Shown piece after piece: positions 12,561 to 26,269 of a stretch of 64,000 nucleotides of DNA; the stretch's first letter is position 1, and the number at the start of each line of letters is the position of its first letter. Below the pieces are notes generated by a model that saw only the letters and a program-made list of their open reading frames with translations, ran no database searches and was not told the origin of the DNA. The position numbers were made by a program, and so were the translations under genes. This DNA is from Carcharhinus longimanus (taxonomy: Eukaryota): the NCBI GenBank assembly GCA_030264375.1, contig JASCQW010000072.1:87109165-87173164 (forward strand). Direction: 5' to 3'.

Positions 12561-14004
12561 CAAGCTCAGGAAAAGAGGGAAAAAGGAGAAAAACCGAGGA
12601 AATACTAAGATTGTATTTTGCAAGAAGATCGTTTTTATAAATGATTAGTGCAAAGTTCATCCAATCAGTTGAAAATAATTTGTTTTATCAGAAGCAGTGT
12701 ATCAATTTGAGCCATTTCATGACTTTCCTGTGAGAATTCNNNNNNNNNNTACTACAGCTAAAAACTGTTAGATTTATACATTTACTCCATGATCATTGTT
12801 TCCATCAGAATATTTAGGGATAAAAAGGATCTGTGTGCATTATTGTACATGTGGTGATCTGCAGATCATTTCTTGTTCAAGAGGAACATTCAAAATTGTC
12901 TCAAATTATATCTTTTCCCATTAGTTGCTGATTGTATGGCAAACACTGCAAGTTAAAGGCAATTGACACTCTTTGTAATGATTAACTACCATAGCCATAC
13001 ATAAAGGTCACCAAGTGGCAGGGACATGGAAGATTGACTTGTCTTTGATTTTTTCACTCTTCATATATCCAATAATAAGCGCATGACCACCATTAATTAT
13101 CAGAATTCTCGGCATAAAGTTCAACACAGCTCTGATGTAAAATGTAGAATCCTACCTTTTGATCATTTGTAACAGGCGTTTCTTCTAAACTGTTAAGTAT
13201 TTGTTTACAGGTTTGGTCTAAAGAACATGAAACTAAACCAAACAGTTCTATCACCATGACCCAATGTTTGCAAGGCCAAATCAGTAACAGGTCTAGCAGT
13301 ATTGAAAATGAAATATTAAAAAATTGATTTTCCTTTATATGTATTTTCATGATTAATGTTTCAGTAATCTGCTGGGAAAGTGGTCATTTTCAGTTGCACT
13401 TTTTCTGAAAAGAAGCAGATTTCTTATTAGCTACTATATTTCTCAATTCCAGTGAACTATTAAATGTTTCATTAAGCTTTACATCAATCTGGATTGCCAT
13501 TTACTCTATTCTATACTTTCGTCAGTTACCGGATATTAAAATATTCCGTGTCACACAAAATGACAAATTTGCATTACTTTTCTATGCACATCTCTTCCAA
13601 CTGGTTAATTCAAATCTTTCATTAGAAGAGGTATTTTAAGCATCTCAGTGTTTTACATCCATTGTTTTCTGTTTCTGTTCATATTGAAGATTAAACAAGA
13701 AGCTCAGAATATTTATTTCACAAGGAATTTCAACAATGAGATACATTTGTATCAATTTATTGAATAAAAGTCATTTATTCTTGCTCAGAGCAAAGCAAGA
13801 TTAGTGCAATTTTAACATCATATTTTTAAACTTTACTATTGATGCAGAATGGCTTTGATTCACATGGATACAAGTTAAAATCCATTCTTAGTTAATAAAA
13901 ATGGTACTCAAAATGAAAATTTATTATTCAATCAAATCATTTATTCCATTACAATTTCTCATACTTAACGGAAACAACTTTAGCTCTCAGACAGACATAC
14001 ATCA

Positions 14005-14178
<174 letters not shown>

Positions 14179-14779
14179 TTACAAATGCAAAACCAAAAAT
14201 GGGATGGTTGAAATTTTGCAGCCAAGTTAGTTGCAAAATGACATGCAAAGTCAAGAAATGTTATATAGTTGCTATAAATTCAGATTTTGCCTTACAGATA
14301 TTCTCATGGGTACAGCAACAATAGTCATTTTTATAAGTGGTCCAAGTATCTTCATTTCTTCACAGCTGCTACGGGGTTTTTGTCAGTGCAATTTGACCAA
14401 AAGTCAGTTTAACCTGCACAAATAATGCTCTGGCTCCTTTATGAAGGCTTTAATTTCTTATAAATTTTGAGACCTCAAATCTCTTCTGAAGGTGTTGTTT
14501 ACTCAGTGGTATGCAGATAAATCAGCACAGAATGCCTTCTGTTGACAAGAACCTTCTCAGCCATACCTAAAATTTTCAAACATTTATTCTTCCATTGTGA
14601 CTATGATTAGTTAATTATAATTCCAATGTTTTTAAATTAAAAAAGTTAATCCTGTATTTCCTTTTTAATTATCCTGAATTTGCAAATGTATTAAAAAACT
14701 GTTCTTAAATTCTCATTTTAATCAAATTTGCTCAGATCATCTTTTTTTGTTATTGAGGTGTGTCATACTCAGTCATCTC

Positions 14780-15420
14780 TTTGACAGAATAGACCCAGGA
14801 TAGTCCATCTTTCCTCTTACATTATTCCCTTAAAATTATGGAATCAACTATGTCAACCCTTAAAACTGAAAAATTGCGTGCATTATTCCAAATTCAGTGT
14901 CACCAGGACTGAATTTGTCTTTATAAAATTTTTCTTTATAAAGTCACCTCAGGATTTATACCCCCTGCAATGCATTCCAAAATTTTACCAGCTTCTTTAG
15001 AAAACATTGCCTGGGAGCATTGTGGTGATCCAGCAATCATTTGCAATCTATTTTAATACATTTCCATCTGTCTCATGATCTACTTTTTAGGATAGTGTCA
15101 AATGCCTTTTGAAACCCATGTAGATAACAACTTTCTTATCCTCTTTCTTATCCAACAAGTCCATCATCTTCTCATAGAGATGCAATGAGCCAGCCAATGC
15201 CCACCCACTCCTAAAACCACGTTCACCCCTTGATTAGCTCATACCCCTCAAGGTACTCTCGTATCATCCCTCGTGACATTTTTCCAACAGTGTAATAAAG
15301 CTAACAATTTGATGGTTCATCCCTTGCTACTTCTGAACTGTGACAATTGGCCTGTGAGAATGGAGCTCTTGAAAAGGTCCGTAAGAAGAACAGCAATTGT
15401 TGGAGCCAATTCCTTTGGAA
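14780..15420 (-). mobile_element. Highly decayed CR1-like LINE fragment
   Basis: The reverse strand shows FQKAFD and LEY.AQF-like segments. Confidence 0.5.
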
Positions 15421-16639
15421 CCAGGAATTAATATTCTTTTTTGGTACTTCAGTATTGCTTAACTAAATTTAATTAAAATTTGTCTGTTGGCTGCATGATT
15501 GTTTGAAATGCTAACAGATGCAATGGAAAGATTGGAGAATTAGACAAAATTTATATCAAGGACATTTTATTGGCAGTTCTGAGGGACGCAACATGCATAA
15601 GTTTGCAGGTTGCAATTCAATGGAGACTTGGCATTCTTCCGGAAATTATCTGTACTGTGATTGCAAAAGAAAAAGGCACTGGGAGAAAACCTGAACTGTT
15701 GCAATGTTCAAACATGATTTCTGACCTTCTCCAAAAGAATTCATGTTTCAAATTTGACCAAATTAAAAGTGAATGTTCTGCTATTGAAAAAGTCACAACT
15801 TCATGCAACTTTTTTTGTGATCTGAAAACCTGACAGTGTAAAGTATGCATTAATACGAGGTATTTTTTGCAGCATACACAACAACCAACTACGATATTTT
15901 CCTCAGACTGCCAAGCTTCTGAGCCACCCATATTGAGCAATTCAACATTGCAGGTATTCCCAACGTTACATGTTGCCCCAATGTATTCTGCACAGCATGG
16001 ATATTATCCACTCCATAGCCACACCAGTTATTTTTCTAGAGTGAATATTTCCACTTACCTGAATAGTTTTGTTTTTACAGTCAGGTGAAAGAAAATTAGT
16101 GGACTTGGGAAAGTTAACTTATGAGAATATATTGCGGAGACGTGGCATGTATTCCTGAGTGTAGCAGATTGAGGACTAACATGTTAAAAAGATTTCACAG
16201 GACAGTTATTGAGAAACGATTTCCTTTGGTGGCAAAATGAATCTTAGTATCACAGCTAAGCCATATAAAAGCAAAATCAGTAAGGTCTTTTTCACACAGA
16301 GGGAGCAGAAATTTGGAACTTCTGCCAAATTGACGTGGATGCTAAAATAAAATTGAGCTCTCAAAACTGAGATAGATGGTATTTTATTTGGTAAGGATGT
16401 TCTGGGACATGGGATAAAGGTGAGAAAATAGAGCAGAGCTACAAATCAGCCATGATCCAGCTGAACAAGCCCAAGGAGCTGAATGGTCCACTCCTGTTAT
16501 TATTCCACATCAGAATTAGACTAATTAACACCATATCATTTGTATTTGGAATTGAATTAAATGGGTACATTTTAAATTCTCATCAAATAAGCATTGTTAA
16601 GTCTAATAGAAATTGGCTTCAAATGGAATGCATTTTGAA

Positions 16640-19520
16640 CATTCTGGCTGAACAAGTTGCACCTGGCCAGGGCAGGACTGAGTTCCTTGTACTGCTGGGG
16701 AAGTTTTAAACTAATTCAGCAGGAGTGTGGGTACCAGGAGATAATACCAGAGAGCAGTATCAAGGTACACAGATAGCACTGGAGTGGGGAAATAGCAAGT
16801 TAATAGCTGGTGTCAGAGGGAAAGGATGAAGCAAATTCTGAATCAGGGTTACTCTGTATGTATGTGAATGCACAAACTGGAGTAAATAACACTGAATTAC
16901 AGATGCAGATTGCCATGTGGAAATGATATTGTGGTGATAAGAGACCTGACTCAAAAAAAAATGTCATGATGTGGAGATGCTGGTGTTGGACTGGGGTAAA
17001 CACAGTAAGAAGTCTCACAACACCAGGTTACATCAGAAAAAGGGCAGGACTCTTTATACAAGTTGTATAGAAAAGAAAAATAGGAGGGGTGGTGATATCA
17101 ATTAATGAGAGCATTGCAATGCCAAAGAAAGAAGATAACCCAGAGGAGTCAAGGACAGAATTTATTTGGCTGTAACTAAGGAGTAAAAGAAATGCAATTA
17201 TATTGCTCAGTGTAGTGTATTGGTCACCAATTAGTGGGAAGGATGCAGGAGAACAAATTTGCAAGGAAATTAGAGGTGCAAATAAAAAGTACTTATAATG
17301 AGGGACTTTAATTATCTGAATATAAACTTGGATAGTATTAGTGTAAAGAGCAGACATGAGCAAAGTGTGTTCAGGAGAACTTTTCCAGTAGTATGCCCCA
17401 CTGAAAATGGAGGCACTGTTAGACATGATTTTTGGAAATGAGATGGGCCAAGTTGTTAAGTGCTAGTACGGAAATAGTCAGGGGGCAGTGATCATTGTAT
17501 CGTAAGGTTGAGGCTGATGATGAAAAAAATGATAAGGAATAACTCTTAATTAACTGGAGGAAAGTAATCTATGAAGGGATGAGAGCAGATCTGGGCTGAA
17601 TAAGGGGGAGTCAAAGATTGGCAGTAAAAACAGTAGCTGATTAATTTGCTACCTGCAAATAGGAGCTAATTTGGGCAGTCGTGGTATATTCCCTCAGAAG
17701 TGCAAGGTAGGGCAAACAAATGTAGAGCTTCCCGGATAACAGAAAAATTCAGATAAAGAAATGGTGTGCTTATGACAGGTATCAGAAAATTAGAATTAGG
17801 CTGAATACAGAAAGTTCAGAGGGCAGATGGAGGGAATAAGAAAAGCAAAGAGGGAGTATGAAAACAGACTAACACCGAATGAGGGAATCCCAAAGTCTGC
17901 TGTAAGAATATAAATAGTAAAAGTAGGGATATTGAGGGACCAAAAATGGAATTTACATAGAGGCAGTAGGCATATCTGGGTAGAAGTACTTTGCACCTGA
18001 CTTGTCAAAATATGACAATGCTACTGAGGCCCTGGTCAAAATAGGAGGTAGTTCAGACTCTAGAAGGATTTAAATTGGAAGAGGTATTGGATAGGCAATT
18101 TGTACCTGAAGTTAATAAGACATTGGGACTGGATGAGATGCACTCGAGAGAAATTGCAGAGGCACTGCTCATAATTTTTCAGTTTTAGATTCTGGGTAGT
18201 GCCAAAGGACTAGAGAATTATAAACGTAACAACCTATTTCCAGAAAAAGGGTGTATGGATAAGCCAAGCAACGACAGGTCAGTCAGTTTAACTTCAGTGG
18301 TGGAGAAATTAATAGTCACATGGGTGAATGCAGGCTAATTAAGGAGAGCCAACATAGATTTCTTTTGGGGAAAATCACGTTGAACTGACTTGCAGTTTTT
18401 GAAGAGATGAGGGTTGAAGATGGCAATGCTGTTGAACTTCCCAAAATATGTCTGATACCATGCCACTCAATAGACGTGTGAGTAAAGTTGTAGCTCATGG
18501 AATAAAAGGGTCAATAACAATGTGGAAATAAAATTGACTGAGTAGCAAGAAACAGACTTCTAGTTAATCAATGTTTTTCAGGCTAGGTAAATTTTATAGT
18601 GGAATTTCCCCAAAGATCAGTGTTAGAACCATTACTTTTCTTGATTTATAGATGATCTAGATTGGAGTAAGGGTACAATTTCAATAATTGGGGTGACACA
18701 AAACTCAGAAGCACTGTAAACTGAGGCCAGTGTAGAGCTGGTGGAATGGACAGACAGGTAGCAGATGAAGTGCAAAATGATTCATTTTGGTAGAAAGAAC
18801 GTGAACACTATCAAACAGAAGGTAATTGCAGAAGACCTGGGTGTGTCTGTGCACAAGTCATTGAAAGTGGCAGGACAGGTTGACAGAATGGTTAATAAAG
18901 CATATAGTATCCTGAGTTTTATTAATAGTGGCATTTTGTACAAGAGCAAGGAGGTTATGTTGAACTTAAATAAAACTAGTTTCACCTCAGTGGGCGTATT
19001 GTGCCCAGTTCTGGGTCTCGCACTTCAGGAAGGATGTGAAGGCATTGGAGAGAGTGGGAAAAACATTTGAGTGGTTCCTGGGATGAGAAACTTCTGTTAC
19101 GAAGGTGGATTGAAGAGACTGGATCTGCTTCCCTTGGAGAAAAGTAGGCTAACAGGTAATTTGCTGAAGATATTGAAAATCACGAGTCTGGACAAAGTAA
19201 ATGGGAAGAAACTGTTTCTACTGATGGGGTCAAGAACATGAGAGCACACGTTTAATTGGTGAAAGCAGCAATTGTAAGATGAAGGAAAAACCCTTTTTTT
19301 AAAAAATGCAAGTAATTCAGGTCTGAAATGCTCTGCCTGACAATGAGGTGGAGGCAGGTTCAGTTGAAACATCCAAAAGGACTTATCTGAAAAGGAAGCT
19401 TATGCAGGGTTATAGGGTGGAGAGGCATGGAATGGAAGTAGGTGAGTTGCTCATCGGAGAAAGCAGTATAGGCAGGATGGATCAAATGGCCTCTTTCTGC
19501 ACCCTAATAATTCTGTGATG
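16640..19520 (+). mobile_element. Long degenerate CR1 LINE (ORF1 end, endonuclease, RT, 3' end)
   Basis: GGVVI, MRDFN and SDH endonuclease-like motifs, the VSLTSVV motif, MKCKMIHFGRKN, and a typical CR1 3' end. Many stops and frameshifts. Confidence 0.88.
16965..17030 (-). mobile_element. Penelope-type terminal repeat fragment nested in CR1
   Basis: Reverse complement of the same tail seen at 28200-28268, 53831-53883 and 62945-63018. Confidence 0.6.
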
Positions 19521-20006
19521 AGAATAATGCTGGACCAAATTCTGCTGGAGTCAAAAGATCCGCTTTCTTGGGGTAAATCTGCATTCATTCTATATATTTC
19601 AAACCACTATACCACATAGAATTTGGACTTTATATTTTTGAAATCCCCCGCCCCCACCGTAGAAACACACACACACTTCCCCATTTGAACACAAGCTAAG
19701 AGATTCCTAGTATTATCGTGGAGCCATCAGATGCCTGAGTGACCATTCTTGGTTTATCTCGTCGTTTTGGTTTTGTTTTCCTCATTGATTTTTCAAACGG
19801 AACTGTCATACAAACTGGGATACCGAAAGAAAATTACTCGCGTGGATTATGCTGCAGATCATTTCGGACCCTCCCCGCGACCCTCGCAGGATGTCGCATC
19901 GCCTCCATTTTCAATCAACACGTTTAATTTCTCCCCCCCCCCCCCCACCCCACCCCCCGTCCCTCAATAGATTCATGGTTACTCCATTTTTTCCAGAAAC
20001 AATTCA

Positions 20007-20294
<288 letters not shown>

Positions 20295-20790
20295 TTATAT
20301 TGACGGGTGGGAAGAAAAAGAATAAAAATTGCAATTATCACTTAAAACGCGGGGTGCGGGCTGGTGGGGCGGGGGAGGAGGAACCTCCCCTTCCTCACGG
20401 TCGGAATGAATCCCCTTCTTTCACTCTTCTTACTCCCAGCAACAAAAAGATTTCCTTTTCCCAAAAAAAAGCTGGAAGACAAAGGGAGGGAAGAGAGAAA
20501 GAGAGGGAGAAAAAAAATCAGTGTCTATTAAAACCACACCTATCTCTGCGGGAGAAGAGGGAAAGAAAATCAATATCTTAAAATTATTTCTTTTGAACTA
20601 TGTCAAAAAATACAATTTTAATATATATATAATAGCGAAAGCAAACGTCGGCTGAGGAATCTACTGATCTTGAAGAGATGAATTTGTCAACGGTTTCTTG
20701 AAGTTGGTAGCTGCAAATAATAATAGTAAATGTTCTTGAAAATTCCCCCCTCGGACACACAAGCCAGCAGTTCCAGGAAGCAGAGCTGTT
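20295..20790 (-). other. Predicted ~500-nt CHKA 5' UTR
   Basis: Lies between the predicted TSS and the ATG. There is no minus-strand ATG from 20295 to 20943. Contains pyrimidine-rich tracts. Confidence 0.55.
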
Positions 20791-20814
20791 ATGAGAGCTG
20801 GGAGGATGTGTACT

Positions 20815-20950
20815 CAATGTTATATATTGATGGCGTCTTTACCAGTAGGTACAAAGAATGTGATTGGAAAACCAACTGCCTCCGCCCACACACCCTCCAA
20901 TGGCCACAGAGCCTTCCGTTCAATAGCTGGTACAATTACTCGTCATCTGT
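20815..20950 (-). promoter_or_regulatory. CHKA core/proximal promoter
   Basis: In minus-strand order: TGACG half-CRE (20941-20945), inverted CCAAT (20897-20901), GGGCGG GC box (20882-20887), CCAATCA (20861-20867), TATA-like ATATATAA (20820-20827). This spacing predicts a TSS near 20790. Confidence 0.65.
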
Positions 20951-21704
20951 TTTACACCAGCCTTTCTTTTTGTTGTTGATACCAAGCGTTTCTCTTTTTT
21001 TTCTAAAACTGCACTGACTCGCGGTGCCCTTTCCCCTACCCAAAGAGGCCCACCGAAGTTTAAGCCGNNNNNNNNNNNNNNNNNNNNNNNNNNNNNNNNN
21101 NNNNNNNNNNNNNNNNNNNNNNNNNNNNNNNNNNNNNNNNNNNNNNNNNNNNNNNNNNNNNNNNNNNNNNNNNNNNNNNNNNNNNNNNNNNNNNNNNNNN
21201 NNNNNNNNNNNNNNNNNNNNNNNNNNNNNNNNNNNNNNNNNNNNNNNNNNNNNNNNNNNNNNNNNNNNNNNNNNNNNNNNNNNNNNNNNNNNNNNNNNNN
21301 NGGGGGGTGGCTGGCAGTGGCAACATGATATGAAGGGGTGCAGCTGGTCAGAAGAGGCTCACATATGTTTTCAGATTGGTTGCATGTTTAGGAGCAGGAA
21401 TGCTCCCTCCCTGGCCTCAAATGGAAGTCTTTGGCCTCCCCGACCTCGCCCACCAGCTTTCCCAGTTGCTGTGATTCATCAACAGGGGCCCTCCTCCCCA
21501 TTGTAGCCAGCAGCCTCCCTCCGCTCTCCCCCTCCCAATTGCTGTCTCAGCATTCTTGACTGCAGCCTCCTGCCACTAAATTCCTGTATTTATCAAGGTG
21601 GCAGACAGTCACTGAATTATTTAAGAGAAGCCCCACCGTTAGTTTCAGCACAGCTTTCACGTCCCATTTCCTTGTTAGATTATTCTTTGGCTGCCCAACA
21701 GACA

Positions 21705-21915
21705 GAATCATAGAATTCCTACAGTGCTAAGGAAGTCATTCAGCCCATCAAGTCTGCACAGTCTCCTACCCAGGCCTACTTCCCTCCCCCCATCCTAACT
21801 CCAGATTTACCATGGCTATTCTTCCAAATTTACACATCTGTGAACCCTGAGGGACAATTTATTAAGGCCAATCCATCTAACCTACACACCTTTGGACTGT
21901 GGAATGAAACCAGAA
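21705..21915 (-). mobile_element. HE1/V-SINE-like SINE, 3' part
   Basis: Matches the other SINE copies (CTTTGGACTGTGG core, AGAATCATAGAAT tail on the + strand). Confidence 0.75.
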
Positions 21916-21939
21916 CATGATGGAGCCATGGATGGATTT

Positions 21940-22330
21940 GAAATAATAATAATATTTGTGTAAAAATATTTAAATTGCGAAGTTGGAGGCCAATAGAGGT
22001 CAGTGAACACAGGAATGCTGGATGAATGGGAGTTAGTGAAGGTTAAGATAAGGACAGCAGAGTTTTGGATGTATTTAAGTTTACAAAGGGTGCAACGTGG
22101 GAGGCTGGCCAGGAGGACAATAGAATCTAATGGTAACATAGTCATAGATGAAGGCTTCTGAAGCAAATGAGCTGAGATAGAGAGGTACAGTGTTAGGAAA
22201 TAACCCGTTTTGATATTGGAGAGGAAATGGATTCAGAAATTCAGCTCAGATTCAATTAGGATGCCACAGTTGCAAACGATATAATGTAGCCTGCAGCCTC
22301 ATCTGGGAGAGTGATGGAGTGAATGGCTAA
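21940..22330 (-). mobile_element. L2-clade LINE fragment
   Basis: ORF piece LASLP...KLKYIQNSAVLILT. Confidence 0.7.
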
Positions 22331-23474
22331 GGAGCTTGTGAGCTACCATATTCTTGGAGACCTTGGTTGGATTGAACTGTATTGTCATATACCCCCGCTT
22401 TGCCAAATAACCAAATATCTACTGCTAGGATGCTAATCAAAGTGCCCAAAAGGTCCTGGTACCTTCAGCAATCATCTATGCAGTATTCCTACAATGCAGA
22501 TGCCATTGATTCTCTGTGAATAAAAAAAATCATTGGAGCTATATACCAATAAGTGTAGATGTGCATGATTCTACTCCTATGGGTGTGCAGCATCTGCACA
22601 TCCATAGTCTCAGGCATTAAGAGTCAGTTTAGAGGCAGTAGATGTGGGGGGAGGGGGTGACAGCTGTTGCTGTAAGTTGTGACTGGGGCACATTCAATCA
22701 AATGCCTAATGTCATGACGGATGCCACAAGCAGTGGAAATCTTGGAACACAAATGTCTCACATTGATGTGGTAGGACAGATGTCAATTAATCCAAACTTT
22801 GTGGCACATTTCTAATATTATCAATGGCCCACGTGGGCCAAGGAGTTTCAGAGCCTCGCCTGTTTAAAGGAGGTGGTAAGCAGACAAGAGTTCAGTGCTT
22901 TCTCTGCCAGCTACACATCCAGCAAGCCAGTGTGAGGTTTTGATTTGATTTATTGTCATATGTATTAGTGTACAGTGAAAATTTTTGCTTCTTGCACTGT
23001 ACAGACAAAGCATATCTAACATAGAGAAGGAAAGGAGAGAGTGTTACAGTCATAGCTAAAGTGTAGACAAAGATCAAATTAATACGAGGTAGGTCAGTTC
23101 AAAAATCTGATGGCAGCAGGGAAGAAGCTGTTTGAGTCAGTTAGTTTGTGTCCTCAGAATTTTTGTATCTTTTCCCCAATGGAAGAAGAAGGAAGAGTAT
23201 GTCCATAGTGCACGAGGTCCTTGATTATGCTGGCTACCTTTCTCAGGTAGCAGGAGGTAAAGATAGAGTCAATGGATGGGAGGCTGGTTTACTTGATGGA
23301 CTGGACTTCATTCATGATTCTTTGTAATTTTTTGTAGTTTTGAACAGAGCGTGAGCCATACCAAGCACTGATACAACCAGAAATAATGCTTTTTATGGTG
23401 CATTGGCAAAAATTGGCGAGAGACATGCCAAATTTCCTTAGCCTCCTTAGAAAGTAGAGGCATAGGAGTAAGAG

Positions 23475-23693
23475 TTAATTTATTAGTCATAAGTAAGATT
23501 TACATTAACACTGCAATGAAGTTACTTGGAACCCTACAGTACAGAAAGAGGCCATTTGGCCCATCAAGTCTGCACTGATCATAATCCCACCCAGGCCCTA
23601 CATATTTTACCCACTAATCCCTCTAACCTACACATCTCAGGACACTAAGGGGCAATTTTAGCATGACCAATCAACCTAACCCGCACATCTTTG
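23475..23693 (-). mobile_element. V-SINE-like SINE pieces nested in the Rex1 element
   Basis: Core GGACACTAAGGGGCAATTTAGCATG..CAACCTAACCCGCACATCTTTG running into the gap. Confidence 0.75.
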
Positions 23694-24381
23694 NNNNNNN
23701 NNNNNNNNNNNNNNNNNNNNNNNNNNNNNNNNNNNNNNNNNNNNNNNNNNNNNNNNNNNNNNNNNNNNNNNNNNNNNNNNNNNNNNNNNNNNNNNNNNNN
23801 NNNNNNNNNNNNNNNNNNNNNNNNNNNNNNNNNNNNNNNNNNNNNNNNNNNNNNNNNNNNNNNNNNNNNNNNNNNNNNNNNNNNNNNNNNNNNNNNNNNN
23901 NNNNNNNNNNNNNNNNNNNNNNNNNNNNNNNNNNNNNNNNNNNNNNNNNNNNNNNNNNNNNNNNNNNNNNNNNNNNNNNNNNNNNNNNNNNNNNNNNNNN
24001 NNNNNNNNNNNNNNNNNNNNNNNNNNNNNNNNNNNNNNNNNNNNNNNNNNNNNNNNNNNNNNNNNNNNNNNNNNNNNNNNNNNNNNNNNNNNNNNNNNNN
24101 NNNNNNNNNNNNNNNNNNNNNNNNNNNNNNNNNNNNNNNNNNNNNNNNNNNNNNNNNNNNNNNNNNNNNNNNNNNNNNNNNNNNNNNNNNNNNNNNNNNN
24201 NNNNNNNNNNNNNNNNNNNNNNNNNNNNNNNNNNNNNNNNNNNNNNNNNNNNNNNNNNNNNNNNNNNNNNNNNNNNNNNNNNNNNNNNNNNNNNNNNNNN
24301 NNNNNNNNNNNNNNNNNNNNNNNNNNNNNNNNNNNNNNNNNNNNNNNNNNNNNNNNNNNNNNNNNNNNNNNNNNNNNNNNN

Positions 24382-24790
24382 NGTGGGTCTGTACTCGGAG
24401 TTTAGAAGGATGAGGGGGAGCCTTATTGAAACTTCCAGAATCCTGAGAGGCCTGGATAGAGTGGATGTTAAGAGGATGTTTCCATTAGTAGGAAAAACTA
24501 AAACCAGAGGTCACAACCTCAGGTTAAAGGGACGACCGTTCAAAACAAAGATGAGGAGTTTCTTCAGTCAGAGAGTGATGAATCTGTGGAACTCTGCTGC
24601 AGAAGGCTGTGTGGTCATTGAGTGTGTTTAAGACAGAAATAGATAGGTTCTTGATTAGTAAGGGGATCAGGGGTTATGGGAAAAACGCAGGAGAAAGAGG
24701 ATGAGAAAAATATCAGCCATCATTGAATAGTGGCGCAGACTCGATGGGCCGAGTGGTCTGATGCTGCTTCTAATGTCTTTTCGTGATCTT
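24382..24790 (+). mobile_element. CR1 LINE 3' end nested in Rex1
   Basis: GLYSEFRRMRGSLIE...TRGHNL...FFSQRVMNLWN. Confidence 0.88.
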
Positions 24791-25486
24791 AGCACTTAGC
24801 AGCTTGACGCTCTTGACCATTTTCAGTTTATCCCCTTTAACGTAGTCGGGCATTTCCTCCACTACGCTTCCTGAAGTTTAAGTTTACCTCCTTTTTGTCG
24901 ACATTGAAGGAGAGGTTATTGTCATCGAACCAGCTTCTCTATCTCTTTCCTGTACTCCGTTTCATCATTGTTTCAGATCTGCCCCACTACGGTGGTGTGA
25001 TCATAAAACTTGAAAATCAAGCTGGAGAGGAATTTGGCCACACATTCATAGGTGTATAAAAGAGTGTAGTAAGGGCCTGAGAACACAGATTTGTGGGGCA
25101 CTAGTGTTAAGGATGATCGTGGAGCCAGTGTTGCAGTTTATGGGTTAGGAAGTTGAAGATCCAGTCACAGAGGGAGGCACCAAGCCCCAGGCCGTGGGAT
25201 TTGGAGATAAGTTTTGTAGGAATAATGCTGTTGAAGGCTGAGCTGATATAGGTGTCATTGTTATCTGGGTGTTCCAGCGTTGAGTGCAGGGCCAGGGAGA
25301 TGACGTCTGCTATGGACTTGTTGCGGCAGTAGGTGAACTGTAGTGATTCAAGCAACTGAGAGGCTGGAATTGATTTGTGCCATGACTAACTTTTTGAAGC
25401 ACTTTATCATGATAGATGTCAGAACCACTGAACGACAGTCAATAAGGCATGCTGCCTGGTTTTCTTTAGTACCAGGATGCTGGTTG

Positions 25487-25735
25487 ATAGCAAGAGTTTT
25501 TATAAATATATAAAAAGGAAGAGGCTGGCTAGGGTGAACGTTGGTCCCTTAGAGGATGAGAANNNNNNNNNNNNNNNNNNNNNNNNNNNNNNNNNNNNNN
25601 NNNNNNNNNNNNNNNNNNNNNNNNNNNNNNNNNNNNNNNNNNNNNNNNNNNNNNNNNNNNNNTATTGAATGGCGGGGCAGGCTCGAAGGGCTAGTTGGCC
25701 TACTCCTGCTCCTATTTCTTATGTTCTTATGTTCT
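25487..25735 (+). mobile_element. Young CR1 LINE nested in Rex1, with most of it collapsed in a gap
   Basis: SKSFYKYIKRKR..VNVGPL before the gap. Intact 3' end with an (TTCTTATG)n tail after it. Confidence 0.82.
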
Positions 25736-26269
25736 AAGTAGTTTGGGACCTCAAATTGGTAAAAAGAGAGATTAAAGATGTCTGCAAATACCTCCACCCA
25801 CTGGTCTGTGCAAGATCTGAGAGCTGGCCGCATCCAGACCAGTAGCTTTTCGTGCGTTGACTTTCAAGAGGGCTGGTCTGATATCTGTGATGTTGACCTC
25901 GGAAAGGATAGTGAAAGTAGGGCATTGCCACATATTGGTAGAAAGGGATGAAGCTGGCAGTGATGAGAGAAGAATGGTGCTACCGGTGATAATGGAGAGA
26001 GACTGCTGTCTGGATTGGGACTTGCTTCCAAGGTATGAGGGGAGATGGGCTATGCAGACACTCAGGAATTCAAGAGAGCGTCTGTCTTCTATGGGCTTAA
26101 TCCACATAGTGTGATCACTGACTGAGGAACAGCTCAGCAGGAGGGAGGTTCAGGCACAAGTGAGGGCAAAAAATGATCACTAGGAGCAACAATATGGGCA
26201 GCCTCTGGGCAGGTACACTGAAGACGAGGACAGAGAGGAGCACCATGTGCCTTCTGTGCAATGACAGGC

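Larger units (their letters stand above)
22936..26107 (-). mobile_element. Rex1/Babar-clade LINE carrying nested SINE and CR1 insertions
   Basis: RT pieces KVNARKATGLD, VFADIFNLS, LQFTY.RNKS.ADVISLALH and SSAFNSIIPTKL. (CAAAT)n tail at ~22940. Flanked by the direct repeat AGTGTGA (22929-22935 and 26108-26114). Confidence 0.8.

Noticed and set aside
23663-24631. Long ORFs in the track (322, 240, 203, 200, 186 and 160 aa)
   Set aside because: They are long only because they read through N runs.
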